DNA of 64,000 bases from Meiothermus sp. (GTDB lineage Bacteria > Deinococcota > Deinococci > Deinococcales > Thermaceae): contig NZ_BPIJ01000003.1 of NCBI RefSeq assembly GCF_026004055.1, forward strand, positions 218,406 to 282,405, read 5' to 3'. Below the pieces are notes generated by a model, which worked only from the letters and a program-made list of their open reading frames with translations, was not told the DNA's origin and searched no databases. A program made the position numbers and the translations under genes. Shown one piece after another: positions 1 to 8,939 of the stretch (position 1 is its first letter; the number at the start of each line of letters is the position of its first letter).

Positions 1-148
1 TGGCCAGGGCCACCTCGAGATACCGCGCCTCCCGCACCACCACCAGCTCCCCCGGCCCGGCCTGTTCCGGCGCGGCCAGGCGGGCAATGTCCAGGTCGGG
101 GCCCTCGAGGCGACCCCCCAGATGCCAGGCAATTTCAGAGAGCAGCAT
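1..148 (-). CDS. lpxD: Partial (runs off window) LpxD-like UDP-3-O-acyl-glucosamine N-acyltransferase, N-terminal domain
   Basis: Minus-strand read from ATG at 148: MLLSEIAWHLGGRLEGPDLDIARLAAPEQAGPGELVVVREARYLEVALA, resembling the LpxD N-terminal pattern (L.EIA..LGG...G...I..LA..E.A.PG.L). Only 49 codons visible. Confidence 0.6.
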   Translation of the reverse strand, partial: MLLSEIAWHLGGRLEGPDLDIARLAAPEQAGPGELVVVREARYLEVALA

Positions 149-276
149 AGACTATAAGCCGATAGGCCTGGAGGACATCGATGGTCGATAGTCCACAGTC
201 CATAGCAAGCGACGAAAAACCCCTGACCTTTTTGAGTTTCCCCGCCAGACGTGTACCCCCAGCTTTCGACCCGCCG

Positions 277-1323
277 TTATCGTTTCAGCACGTTATCGGA
301 AGTGACCAGGGCATCCCGCAGCACGTGCAGCATATCCAGCGCCTTGCCGGTGCCCAGCGCCACCGCCTCCACCGCATTTTCGGCCACCACCACCGGGACT
401 CCCGTGGCTTCTTGCAGCAGCAAGTCCAGGTTGCGTAGCAAAGCTCCCCCACCGGTGAGCAAAATGCCGCGGTCTATGATGTCGGCCACCAGTTCGGGTG
501 GGGTGGTCTCGAGCACGCTCTTCACCCCCTGAACAATTTTTTCCAAAGGTTCCTTCAAGGCTTCCACCACATCGTCGGTGGTCACCTCGATGCTCTTGGG
601 CAACCCCGTAATCAGGTCGCGCCCACGCACCTCCGCCACCGCACCCTGCTCGCCTGGGGTATGCTTGGCCGCGCCAATTTTGATTTTTAGATCCTCGGCG
701 GTGCGTTCGCCGATCAGCAGGTTGTACTTGTTGCGAATAAAGCGAATGATGGACTCGTCGAACTCGTTACCAGCAATCCGCAGGCTGGTCGAACGCACAA
801 TACCGCCCAAGGAGATGACGGCAATATCGCTGGAACCACCCCCAATATCCACCACCATACTGCCCGTGGGCTCGGCAATCTTGATACCGGCTCCGATGGC
901 CGCCGCTAGGGGTTCGTCAATTAGGTAGGCCCGCTTGGCACCAGCCTCCACAATGGCCTGCACCACCGCGCGGCGCTCTACCTCGGTCACCCCCGAGGGC
1001 ACCCCCACCATCACCTGCGGCCTGAAAAAGCGCAGGGGCGGCAAGACTTTCTTAATAAAAAGGGTAAGCATCCGCTCGGTCAGAGTGTAGTCGGCAATTA
1101 CGCCATCCTTGAGCGGACGGGCGGCCACAATGTTACCCGGGGTGCGCCCCAGCATCCGGTAGGCCTCGGCCCCTACCGCCTTGACCTCCTTGGTGTCACT
1201 CACCATGGCAATAACCGAAGGCTCGCGCAGCACAATTCCTTTACCGCGCATATAAATCAGCACCGAGGCGGTACCTAAGTCAATACCCACATCTTCGCCA
1301 CGAAACGAGAACATGCCAGCCAT
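277..1323 (-). CDS. mreB: Rod shape-determining protein MreB
   Basis: GIDLGTA, RPLKDGVIAD, IDEPLAAAIGAG, VVDIGGGSSD and LTGGGALL actin-fold motifs. Confidence 0.97.
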   Translation of the reverse strand: MAGMFSFRGEDVGIDLGTASVLIYMRGKGIVLREPSVIAMVSDTKEVKAVGAEAYRMLGRTPGNIVAARPLKDGVIADYTLTERMLTLFIKKVLPPLRFFRPQVMVGVPSGVTEVERRAVVQAIVEAGAKRAYLIDEPLAAAIGAGIKIAEPTGSMVVDIGGGSSDIAVISLGGIVRSTSLRIAGNEFDESIIRFIRNKYNLLIGERTAEDLKIKIGAAKHTPGEQGAVAEVRGRDLITGLPKSIEVTTDDVVEALKEPLEKIVQGVKSVLETTPPELVADIIDRGILLTGGGALLRNLDLLLQEATGVPVVVAENAVEAVALGTGKALDMLHVLRDALVTSDNVLKR

Positions 1324-1427
1324 AGCGCTTTATTGTACAGGTTTGCATGAGAAGCACAAAGCACAGCATTTTAGCAACCATCGCGGTTTACTAGCGAAAG
1401 CTGTGTTGGAGCATGCATATCTAAGCC

Positions 1428-1988
1428 TCACAAAGGCAAGTCTTCCGGATAGTTGGCATTAATAAACAGATGGGGCCCAAAACGGGCTTCCAGCTCGGTC
1501 TTATCCAGCGCTACATGGGGAATGCTACGCAAAAGTGCCTGCATCTGGAGTTCTCCGGCCCCCAGCCTACGCAAGACCTCGGCCTCGAGGGATTTGTGGT
1601 ACAAAGCACCCAGCGGCTCAAAAAAACCCTCCGAAGCCGCCACCACCGCCTGGCTCTCAGGCGTAATCCGCTCGAGCATAAAGTACCAAAATTCCTGACT
1701 CAGAAAGGGCTGGTCGCAGGCCGCAACCGCCACCCATTCGTGCCGGGCGTGGCCCAGCGCTGCGTGGAGGCCCGACATGGTGTCGCCGCCCCGCCTCAGA
1801 TCGGGGTATACCTGAAGCCCTGGGTAAGCCCGGTTGGCAAGCACAAAGCGCTCCGAGGCCTGGGCCATCGAGCCCAGAACCCATTCGATGAGGGGCTTGC
1901 CCCGGTATACAAACAGGGCCTTGTCCTGCCCAAACCGGCTAGACAGGCCGCCCGCTAGCACTGCGCCACTCCAGGGAATCGGGTTCAT
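1428..1988 (-). CDS. mobA: Molybdenum cofactor guanylyltransferase
   Basis: LAGGLSSRFGQDKA nucleotidyltransferase motif, ACDQPF, EPLGALY and C-terminal FINAN. Confidence 0.9.
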   Translation of the reverse strand: MNPIPWSGAVLAGGLSSRFGQDKALFVYRGKPLIEWVLGSMAQASERFVLANRAYPGLQVYPDLRRGGDTMSGLHAALGHARHEWVAVAACDQPFLSQEFWYFMLERITPESQAVVAASEGFFEPLGALYHKSLEAEVLRRLGAGELQMQALLRSIPHVALDKTELEARFGPHLFINANYPEDLPL

Positions 1989-2074
1989 CCAGGGAGCATT
2001 GTAGCCATTTCTTTACATTTGGGCACGCCCCACCTGCGCCTTGTTGCAGTGTTGTAGGGATGCCAGTACAGCTA

Positions 2075-2332
2075 CATCTGTACGACCGGGCAAAAATCAC
2101 CCCACCCCGCTTCGCCCCTTCCCTCCCCTACTGCGTAGGGGAGGCCAGGTGGGGTGGCTGACCTGGCCCTTCACGCAGCGGATTGGGGGCCTTGCCTGAT
2201 ACCCTCCCCCACCCTCCCTACGCGGTAGGGAGGGCGTTTTTAGGCCATCTCGGGGGCCGAAGTGGGATGGAATCTCTACAACGATGTATTCGGGGTGCGG
2301 TACATAACTTCGGAAATTTAGTTACCATACCA
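2075..2332. mobile_element. MITE family A, degenerate copy with one terminal repeat
   Basis: Near-identical to 48490-48823 over about 250 bp. Ends GTTACCATACCA (variant TIR); no left TIR seen. Confidence 0.8.
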
Positions 2333-2359
2333 CTCAAATAGGTCGGCAGGAATTTTGCA

Positions 2360-2484
2360 TGACATTACTCTGACATATATCCCCAATTCTTCAGTTAAGT
2401 GTGTCTCAAGCCGCCCTCGAGCGCCATGAGCAACCCAATCCGACGTCTAAAACCCTATGACACGGCCTTGACACGCGCTGACCA
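2360..2484 (+). promoter_or_regulatory. Candidate Pho-box-like 11-bp direct repeats upstream of pstS
   Basis: TGACA at 2360 and 2371; TGACA/TGACA/TGACC at 2458, 2469 and 2480. The period is 11 bp, and the unit is the reverse complement of the PhoB TGTCA core. Confidence 0.6.
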
Positions 2485-2506
2485 TACTACCCTCGGAGGT
2501 ATAGGA

Positions 2507-3484
2507 ATGAAGAAAATCCTCTTAGCTGCTTTTGCTCTATCGCTGGCAAGCCTGGCCCTAGCCCAGCAAATCCGGGCCGACGGCTCCTCTACGGTCTACC
2601 CGATTACCCAGTCGGTTGCGGAGGAGTTCAACATTGTGCGCCCAGACGTGAAGGTTACGGTGGCCTTCTCGGGTACCGGAGGGGGGTTCAAGAAGTTCTG
2701 CGTGGGTGAAACCGACCTGCAGAACGCCAGCCGTCCCATCACCAAGTCCGAGATGGACGAGTGCCGCAAAAACGGCATCGAGTACATCGAGCTGCCCGTA
2801 GCCTTCGACGGCCTCACGGTCGTGGTCAACCCCCGGAACACCTGGGCCCAGTGCCTGACCGTGGCCGAGCTCAAAAGGATCTGGGAGCCCGATTCCAAGA
2901 TTAATTTTTGGAACGAAGTGCGTCCCAGTTTCCCTCGAGCACGTATAGTGCTGTACGGTGCGGGTACCGACTCCGGCACCTTTGACTACTTCACCGAGGC
3001 CATCAACGGCAAGGCCAAGGCCATCCGCAAAGACTTCTTCCCCTCCGAAGACGACAACGTGCTGGTGCGCGGGGTAGAGGGCAACGTCAACGCCATGGGC
3101 TTCTTCGGCTATGCCTACTACGTCGAGGAAAAAGGCAAGCTGAAGGCCCTGGCTATTGACAACGGCAAGGGCTGCGTGGCCCCCACCGATGCCACCATCA
3201 ACAACGGCACCTACGCCCCGCTCTCGAGGCCCCTGTTTATCTACGTGAACCTCAAGAGCCTGAACGAGAAGCGCTCCTTACAGGACTTTGTTAACTTCCT
3301 GCTGACCAACAGCCGGGCCCGCACCGCCATCCGCAAGACCGGCTACGTGCTGCTGCCCGACGAAGCCTACCGGATTGGCAAAGTGCTGGTAGACAAGCGG
3401 GTTAAGGGCTCGGTCTTCAGCGGCCTGGAGCCGGGTACCCCGCTGATCGAGATCATGAAGAAGCTGGAAGCCGAGGCTAAATAA
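2507..3484 (+). CDS. pstS: Phosphate ABC transporter substrate-binding protein
   Basis: SD GGAGG upstream, signal peptide MKKILLAAF...ALA, DGSSTVYP, SGTGGGFKKFC, SGTFDYF and YAPLSRPLFIY motifs. Confidence 0.96.
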   Translation: MKKILLAAFALSLASLALAQQIRADGSSTVYPITQSVAEEFNIVRPDVKVTVAFSGTGGGFKKFCVGETDLQNASRPITKSEMDECRKNGIEYIELPVAFDGLTVVVNPRNTWAQCLTVAELKRIWEPDSKINFWNEVRPSFPRARIVLYGAGTDSGTFDYFTEAINGKAKAIRKDFFPSEDDNVLVRGVEGNVNAMGFFGYAYYVEEKGKLKALAIDNGKGCVAPTDATINNGTYAPLSRPLFIYVNLKSLNEKRSLQDFVNFLLTNSRARTAIRKTGYVLLPDEAYRIGKVLVDKRVKGSVFSGLEPGTPLIEIMKKLEAEAK

Positions 3485-3492
3485 CCCAGGCA

Positions 3493-3529
3493 ACCCTGCC
3501 CTCCTCACCGGAGGGCAGGGTATTATTTT
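3493..3529 (+). terminator. Intercistronic hairpin/terminator after pstS
   Basis: ACCCTGCCCTCC-TCACC-GGAGGGCAGGGT followed by ATTATTTT. Confidence 0.75.
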
Positions 3530-3553
3530 GAAAGCTATAAGAACAGACTATTT

Positions 3554-4474
3554 ATGAACCCGCTCTCCTCCACTTCATGGGCCACCAAAAACCCGGGCCG
3601 CAGCCCCAAAGAACGGCTGATTGGGGGCATCCTTTTTGCCCTGGCGGCGGTCTCGGTCATCACCACCGCAGCGGTGATCGTGGTGCTTTTTAGCGAGACC
3701 ATTCAGTTTTTCCTGCGCGTGCCCCTGACCGAGTTTCTGTTCGCCCCCGAATGGACGCCCCTCTTTGCCGAACCCCGCTACGGCATCGGTGCCCTGCTGG
3801 CCGGCACCTTCTTGTTCACAGCCATCGGGCTTGTGATCGCCATTCCCCTGGGCCTGTTGACGGCGGCCTACCTGGCCGAGTACGCCCCGCACGAACAGAG
3901 CATCCGGGTAAAAGGCATTATGGAGCTCTTGGAAGGGGTGCCCACGGTGGTGTTTGGGTACTTTGCGCTGCTGTTTGTGACCCCCATTTTGCAAAATCTG
4001 ATTCCCGGTCTTAACCTGTTCAACCCGATTTCGGCCGGCCTGGTGCTGGGCTTTGCCATTCTGCCCTATATCTCCAACGTGGCCTCCGATGCCATGATGG
4101 CAGTTCCGCGCAGCCTGCGCGAAGCGGCCTATGCCCTGGGCGCCACCAAGTTCGAGGTGGTGACCCGGGTGGTATTCCCGGCGGCCATCTCGGGGATTGT
4201 GGCCGCCATTATTCTGGCGGCCAGCCGGGCGGTGGGCGAGACCATGATCGCAGCCATTGCGGCAGGCCAGCGGCCCCTGCTCACGCTAGACCCGCGCGAG
4301 ACCATTGCTACCATGACCTCGTACATCGTCCAGGCTGCCACCGGCGACCAACCCGCAGGCTCGCTGGCTTCACGGGCCCTGTTCTCGGTGGGTGCAACCT
4401 TGTTTGTAATCACCCTGGGCTTCAACATTCTGGCCCAACGCATTGTGGAGCGCTACCGCGAGAGGTACGAATAA
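3554..4474 (+). CDS. pstC: Phosphate ABC transporter permease PstC
   Basis: Multi-TM protein with [24 protein letters not shown] and SRAVGETM motifs; operon context. Confidence 0.95.
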   Translation: MNPLSSTSWATKNPGRSPKERLIGGILFALAAVSVITTAAVIVVLFSETIQFFLRVPLTEFLFAPEWTPLFAEPRYGIGALLAGTFLFTAIGLVIAIPLGLLTAAYLAEYAPHEQSIRVKGIMELLEGVPTVVFGYFALLFVTPILQNLIPGLNLFNPISAGLVLGFAILPYISNVASDAMMAVPRSLREAAYALGATKFEVVTRVVFPAAISGIVAAIILAASRAVGETMIAAIAAGQRPLLTLDPRETIATMTSYIVQAATGDQPAGSLASRALFSVGATLFVITLGFNILAQRIVERYRERYE

Positions 4475-5691
4475 TGCAACGGGGTCTTAGTTTAGAGTCT
4501 TCGCAAAGCCCACAAAACCTGCGGCGCGACCGCATCAACCGGGTGTTTGCCCGGGCGGTGGTAATCCCTACGGTGCTGGCCCTGGCCCTGATTGCGGTGC
4601 TCATTCTGGATACCCTCTACGACACGGTCTCGGTGCAGGTGGTGGAGGTGACCGAGACCAGCGGCAAGAGCTTTGCCCTGGGTCAGGCCTTTAGCGCCGA
4701 TCAGGTAATCCGCCTCGAGCTTGCCGCACAAGGGAAGTCTGCTCAAGAAATTGCCGAACTGATGAACAATCCCGACGAGATGCGGGTCTTTCGCTTGCGC
4801 AACCGGGTCGAGCTGATGTGGGCTACCCAGGACGGCCCTTTGCGCTGGGTGGTGAGCAGCCTGGACGATGAGCGGGTTAATAACTACAGCTTGTTCGAGG
4901 GGCTGCGCCGCTGGAACGAACTCAAACAGGGCCTGCAGGAAAACCAGCAGCTTCGCCTGAACCCCTGGCTCGACTACTCCTTCCTTACCCGCGACCCCTC
5001 GCGCAACCCCATCTCCGCCGGACTGCGGGTGGCCTTGTTCGGAACCATCTGGCTGCTCAGCATGACCCTCCTGATCAGCGTCCCCATCGGGGTAGGCACC
5101 GCTATCTATCTCGAGGAGTACGCTCCCAAAAACCGCCTTACCCGCTTCATCGAGGTCAACCTGCGCAACCTGGCCGGGGTTCCCAGCATCGTCTTCGGCC
5201 TGCTGGGGCTGGCCGTATTTGTACGGGGAATGAATCTCGGGCCCACCCTGATGGCCGCGTCGCTGACCATGGCCCTGCTGATCATGCCCACCATCTCGAT
5301 TGCGGCCCGCGAGGCGCTGCGCGCTGTACCCGACTCCATGCGTCTGGCGGCCTACGCGCTGGGGGCTACCAAGTGGCAGATGGTCTCCAAAGTGGTGCTG
5401 CCGGCCACCATTCCAGGGGTGGCCACCGGAGTTATTCTGGCCGCAGCGCGGGCCATTGGCGAGGCCGCGCCTTTGCTCATGGTGGGGGCCGCGGCCTACG
5501 TGGCCTTTATCCCCCGGGGGCCGCTTTCGGAGTACACGGTGCTGCCGGTACAGATTTATCTGTGGATCTCGGCCAACCTGAGTGAGTTTGCCAACACCGC
5601 GGCCGCCGGGATTGTGGTCTTGTTGCTAACCCTGGGCGGATTGTATGCCCTGGCCTTCTGGGTTCGCCGTCGATATAGAGTGGAGTGGTAA
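4474..5691 (+). CDS. pstA: Phosphate ABC transporter permease PstA with extended extracytoplasmic insert
   Basis: [17 protein letters not shown] and ARAIGEAAP motifs; about 120 extra residues after the first TM. Confidence 0.94.
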   Translation: MQRGLSLESSQSPQNLRRDRINRVFARAVVIPTVLALALIAVLILDTLYDTVSVQVVEVTETSGKSFALGQAFSADQVIRLELAAQGKSAQEIAELMNNPDEMRVFRLRNRVELMWATQDGPLRWVVSSLDDERVNNYSLFEGLRRWNELKQGLQENQQLRLNPWLDYSFLTRDPSRNPISAGLRVALFGTIWLLSMTLLISVPIGVGTAIYLEEYAPKNRLTRFIEVNLRNLAGVPSIVFGLLGLAVFVRGMNLGPTLMAASLTMALLIMPTISIAAREALRAVPDSMRLAAYALGATKWQMVSKVVLPATIPGVATGVILAAARAIGEAAPLLMVGAAAYVAFIPRGPLSEYTVLPVQIYLWISANLSEFANTAAAGIVVLLLTLGGLYALAFWVRRRYRVEW

Positions 5692-5693
5692 AC

Positions 5694-6500
5694 ATGGTTC
5701 AAGAAGTCGCCATTGGACACGAAACCGTTCGTTGGGAGCCAACCCCCGCCGAAGAATCGGTGGTGCAGGTACAAAACCTCAGCCTGTTCTACGGTAAAAA
5801 TCAGGCCCTGTACAACGTCTCGGTGAATTTTCCCCGCAACAAGATCACCGCCATCATCGGGCCTTCGGGCTGCGGAAAGTCTACTCTGCTGCGTTCCTTG
5901 AACCGCATGAACGACCTGGTGCCGGGGGTGCGCCTCGAGGGAAAGGTGATCTACGAGGGGGTGGACATCTACGACCCCCAGGTAGACCCGGTAGAGGTGC
6001 GCCGCCACATCGGCATGGTGTTCCAAAAACCCAACCCCTTCCCCAAAACCATCTACGAGAACGTAGTCTTTGGGTTGCGCTTGCAGGGGCAAAAAACCGG
6101 CCTCGATGAGGTGGTCCAACGGGCCTTGCAGCGGGCCGCGCTGTGGGACGAGGTCAAGGACAAACTCGGCGAAATCGCCCTGCGGCTCTCGGGGGGCCAG
6201 CAGCAGCGCTTGTGTATTGCCAGGGCCATCGCCACCGAGCCCCCCCTACTGCTTCTGGACGAGCCTACCAGCGCCCTCGACCCCATCGCCACCGAGCGCA
6301 TCGAGTCGCTTTTGCTCGAGCTCAAGCAGCACTACTCGTTGGTCATCGTTACCCACAACATGCAACAGGCCGCCCGTATCGCCGACCGCACCATCTTCAT
6401 GCACCTCGGCGTGCTGATCGAGGAAGGGCCTACCAGCCTATTGTTCACCAACCCCAAAGACAAGCGCACCGAGGCCTACATCACCGGGCGTTTCGGATAA
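5694..6500 (+). CDS. pstB: Phosphate ABC transporter ATP-binding protein
   Basis: [41 protein letters not shown] and [10 protein letters not shown]; start placed at ATG 5694 after GGAG. Confidence 0.97.
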   Translation: MVQEVAIGHETVRWEPTPAEESVVQVQNLSLFYGKNQALYNVSVNFPRNKITAIIGPSGCGKSTLLRSLNRMNDLVPGVRLEGKVIYEGVDIYDPQVDPVEVRRHIGMVFQKPNPFPKTIYENVVFGLRLQGQKTGLDEVVQRALQRAALWDEVKDKLGEIALRLSGGQQQRLCIARAIATEPPLLLLDEPTSALDPIATERIESLLLELKQHYSLVIVTHNMQQAARIADRTIFMHLGVLIEEGPTSLLFTNPKDKRTEAYITGRFG

Positions 6501-6553
6501 ATCTTGAAAGCCTGGGCTGGCTTTCGCAATTCTGTGAAAACTGGGCGCAGTCA

Positions 6554-7162
6554 TCAACTGGCCTGTTCAGGCTCAGCTCGTTTGGGCGGTTCTGCCAAAT
6601 TGAGGCCGTTGTATTTTTTCTGGCACACCTCTATACCCTCGGTCGCCCAGGTCTGGGCGGCCTCGGCGGCGGTTTGGATCACCTTGTCCATAAGCGGAAG
6701 TAAGTCGGGGTGAAAGCCCGACAGCACCCAACTTGCCCCCTCTTCCGGGGTGGGGGGCTTGCCGATTCCAATACGCAAACGATGAAAATCCCTGGTTCCC
6801 AAATGGGCTGCAATGGACTCCAGGCCGTAATTGCCCGCACTGCTCCCCCCGGCCTTAAAGCGCAGTCTGCCGGGCGGCAGGTCGAGTTCGTCGTGAACGA
6901 CCAGTATGCGATCTGGGGGAATCTTATAAAACCGGGCGAGCGGGGCCACGGCCTCACCGGTGGCGTTGTAGAAAGTGGTGGGCTTGATCAGTAGACCCGA
7001 AACCTGCTCTCCGGAGGCCCTCAGAAACTTGACCTCGGCAATAAGGGCATTGCCCCTAGGCCGGAAATCCGAGCTAAGCCGATCCAGCACCCAAAACCCC
7101 ACATTGTGTTTGGTGCGGGCGTACTGGGCTCCTGGGTTCCCCTGTCCAACAATCAGGAACAT
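6554..7162 (-). CDS. pth: Peptidyl-tRNA hydrolase
   Basis: LIVGQGNPG..Y..TKHNVGF, KPTTFYN, VVHDELDL and RLRIGIG motifs. Confidence 0.95.
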   Translation of the reverse strand: MFLIVGQGNPGAQYARTKHNVGFWVLDRLSSDFRPRGNALIAEVKFLRASGEQVSGLLIKPTTFYNATGEAVAPLARFYKIPPDRILVVHDELDLPPGRLRFKAGGSSAGNYGLESIAAHLGTRDFHRLRIGIGKPPTPEEGASWVLSGFHPDLLPLMDKVIQTAAEAAQTWATEGIEVCQKKYNGLNLAEPPKRAEPEQAS

Positions 7163-7228
7163 GGCTAGCAAAGCCGAGGGCCGAAAGCCGGTAATACCCT
7201 AGCCTTCGACCCTTGATGGCAGATGAGA

Positions 7229-7846
7229 TTACTTCTCCTCTTCGGTCTTGCCCTTCTTGATCACTTCCACTTCGGCGGGTGCAGCGGCCTGAGTTGTTAG
7301 TTTCTCGGCATCCTCGGGAGGCACGATGGCCACAATGGTGTCGCGGGGGTTCATGGCCAGTTTGACCCCTGGGGGAAGGGCCAGTTCGTCGGCGTGGATG
7401 CTGTCGCCAATGCGCAGTTCGCTAACGTTGACCTCGATGTGGGGTGGAATGGCCTTGGGTGAAACCCTCACCTGGACGTCATTGTTGACCAACTGAAGCA
7501 CCCCACCCTCGCGCACGCCCTGGGCGGTACCCACAATCTTGACGGGAATCCACATCAAGACGGGCTCGTCGGAGAGGGCATAGAAGTCTACGTGCTCGGG
7601 GCGGCGGCGGCGCTTGTCGAGGTTGACCTGCCGCACCAGCGTATCTACGGTTTTGCCGTTTTCGAGCTCGAGGGTAATCACGTGGTGAATGCCCGCCGCC
7701 ATGAAAACCTTGTTGAACTCTTTTAGGTCTACCGTGACCTTGTAGTTTTCCTGACGGTTGTAGACCACGCCGGGCAGCTTGCCGGCGTCGCGCAGCGCCA
7801 TGGGTTTTTCGTTCCCACGGATTTGGGCCTTGATGCGGTATTCCAT
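7229..7846 (-). CDS. rplY: 50S ribosomal protein L25/Ctc (TL5-type)
   Basis: LPGVVY, HVDFY and GVREGGVLQ motifs with the long C-terminal domain; adjacent to pth. Confidence 0.95.
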   Translation of the reverse strand: MEYRIKAQIRGNEKPMALRDAGKLPGVVYNRQENYKVTVDLKEFNKVFMAAGIHHVITLELENGKTVDTLVRQVNLDKRRRRPEHVDFYALSDEPVLMWIPVKIVGTAQGVREGGVLQLVNNDVQVRVSPKAIPPHIEVNVSELRIGDSIHADELALPPGVKLAMNPRDTIVAIVPPEDAEKLTTQAAAPAEVEVIKKGKTEEEK

Positions 7847-8075
7847 TGCCTTCCTCCAAAAGTTTTGCGCTGGTTATGGGCCAGCAGCAGGTTTTTGAGT
7901 TTGTTCTGCCCCGTGCCGGGGTTCAAAACACAAGCCTTGCAAGTCTACCACAACTCGAGGCAGTTGGAAAAGCAGGCCCCCCGGCTTTTACACCAAGCTC
8001 GAGTAGATCGAATCCTGGTGGTCTGGTAAGCCGATTTTCGCCTACGCTTCACGCGGCAGAGCGTAAGGTGCCCGG

Positions 8076-8170
8076 TATTCGTGGGAGACCGCTCTGGATT
8101 GCTTCGCGTCCTGCGGATGCTCGCAATGACAGGAAAAGTGGGGTCACAAACTTTGTTACCAGACCACTAG
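8076..8170. repeat. Composite repeat: family-B end, half CGTC-type palindrome and family-A TIR abutting the sdhB stop
   Basis: TATTCGTGGGAGACCGCTC (8076-8094), GGATTGCTTC..CTCGCAATGAC (to 8130), GTTACCAGACCA (8155-8166), then CTAG containing the sdhB stop. Confidence 0.75.
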
Positions 8171-8937
8171 TCATCCGCTGCCTGACCGCTGGGCTCGGCT
8201 CTTTTCTTGCTGCCAAACAGACGCCGGAAGAAACCCAGAACCGGGTCGTAGTATTCGTCTACCACCCGCTCTTTAAGCGGGATGATGGCGTTGTCGGTGA
8301 TATGGATGTGCTCGGGGCAGACCTCGGTGCAGCACTTGGTGATGTTGCAGTAGCCGATACCTCCCTCGTTCTTGAGCATATCCAGGCGGTTTTCCACATC
8401 CAGGGGGTGCATCTCGAGGCTCGCGGTGCGCACCAACAAGCGGGGCCCGATAAAGCCGGTTTTTTCGTCGTGCTCGCGCAGCACGTGACAAACGTTCTGG
8501 CACAAAAAGCACTCGATGCACTTCCTGAACTCCTGCACCCGATCCACGTCTTCCTGGTACATGATCCAGTCGGTGTTGGGCGCAGGGGTAAAGGGCTTAA
8601 TCTTCTTATTGGCCTCGTAGTTCCACTTCACATCGGTGGCCAGATCGCGAATCACCGGGAAGGTTTTCATAGGCCGCACCGTGACCGGCTTGCTGGTGTC
8701 AATGGTGTCCAGCCGGGTCATGCACATTAGGGTGGGCTTGCCGTTGACCTCGGCCCCGCAGGAGCCACACTTGCCGGCCTTGCAGTTCCAGCGGCAAGCC
8801 AGGTCGGGGGCTTGCTCGGCCTGAATCTGGTGGATGGCATCCAGCACCACCATTCCTTCCTGCACCTCGACGGTGTAATCCTTCAGCTCACCGCCGCTTC
8901 GATCTCCGCGGAAAACTTTGAAGGTGACGGTTGACAT
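8167..8937 (-). CDS. sdhB: Succinate dehydrogenase/fumarate reductase iron-sulfur subunit (Sdh1-like)
   Basis: CRWNCKAGKCGSC (2Fe-2S), CIECFLCQNVCH and CNITKCCTEVCP cluster motifs. Confidence 0.95.
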   Translation of the reverse strand: MSTVTFKVFRGDRSGGELKDYTVEVQEGMVVLDAIHQIQAEQAPDLACRWNCKAGKCGSCGAEVNGKPTLMCMTRLDTIDTSKPVTVRPMKTFPVIRDLATDVKWNYEANKKIKPFTPAPNTDWIMYQEDVDRVQEFRKCIECFLCQNVCHVLREHDEKTGFIGPRLLVRTASLEMHPLDVENRLDMLKNEGGIGYCNITKCCTEVCPEHIHITDNAIIPLKERVVDEYYDPVLGFFRRLFGSKKRAEPSGQAADD

Positions 8938-8939
8938 GG

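Noticed and set aside
7846-8730. 294-aa plus-strand ORF and similar long antisense ORFs (9069-9851, 56368-57648, 58308-59663)
   Set aside because: Antisense shadows of well-supported genes, expected in high-GC DNA.
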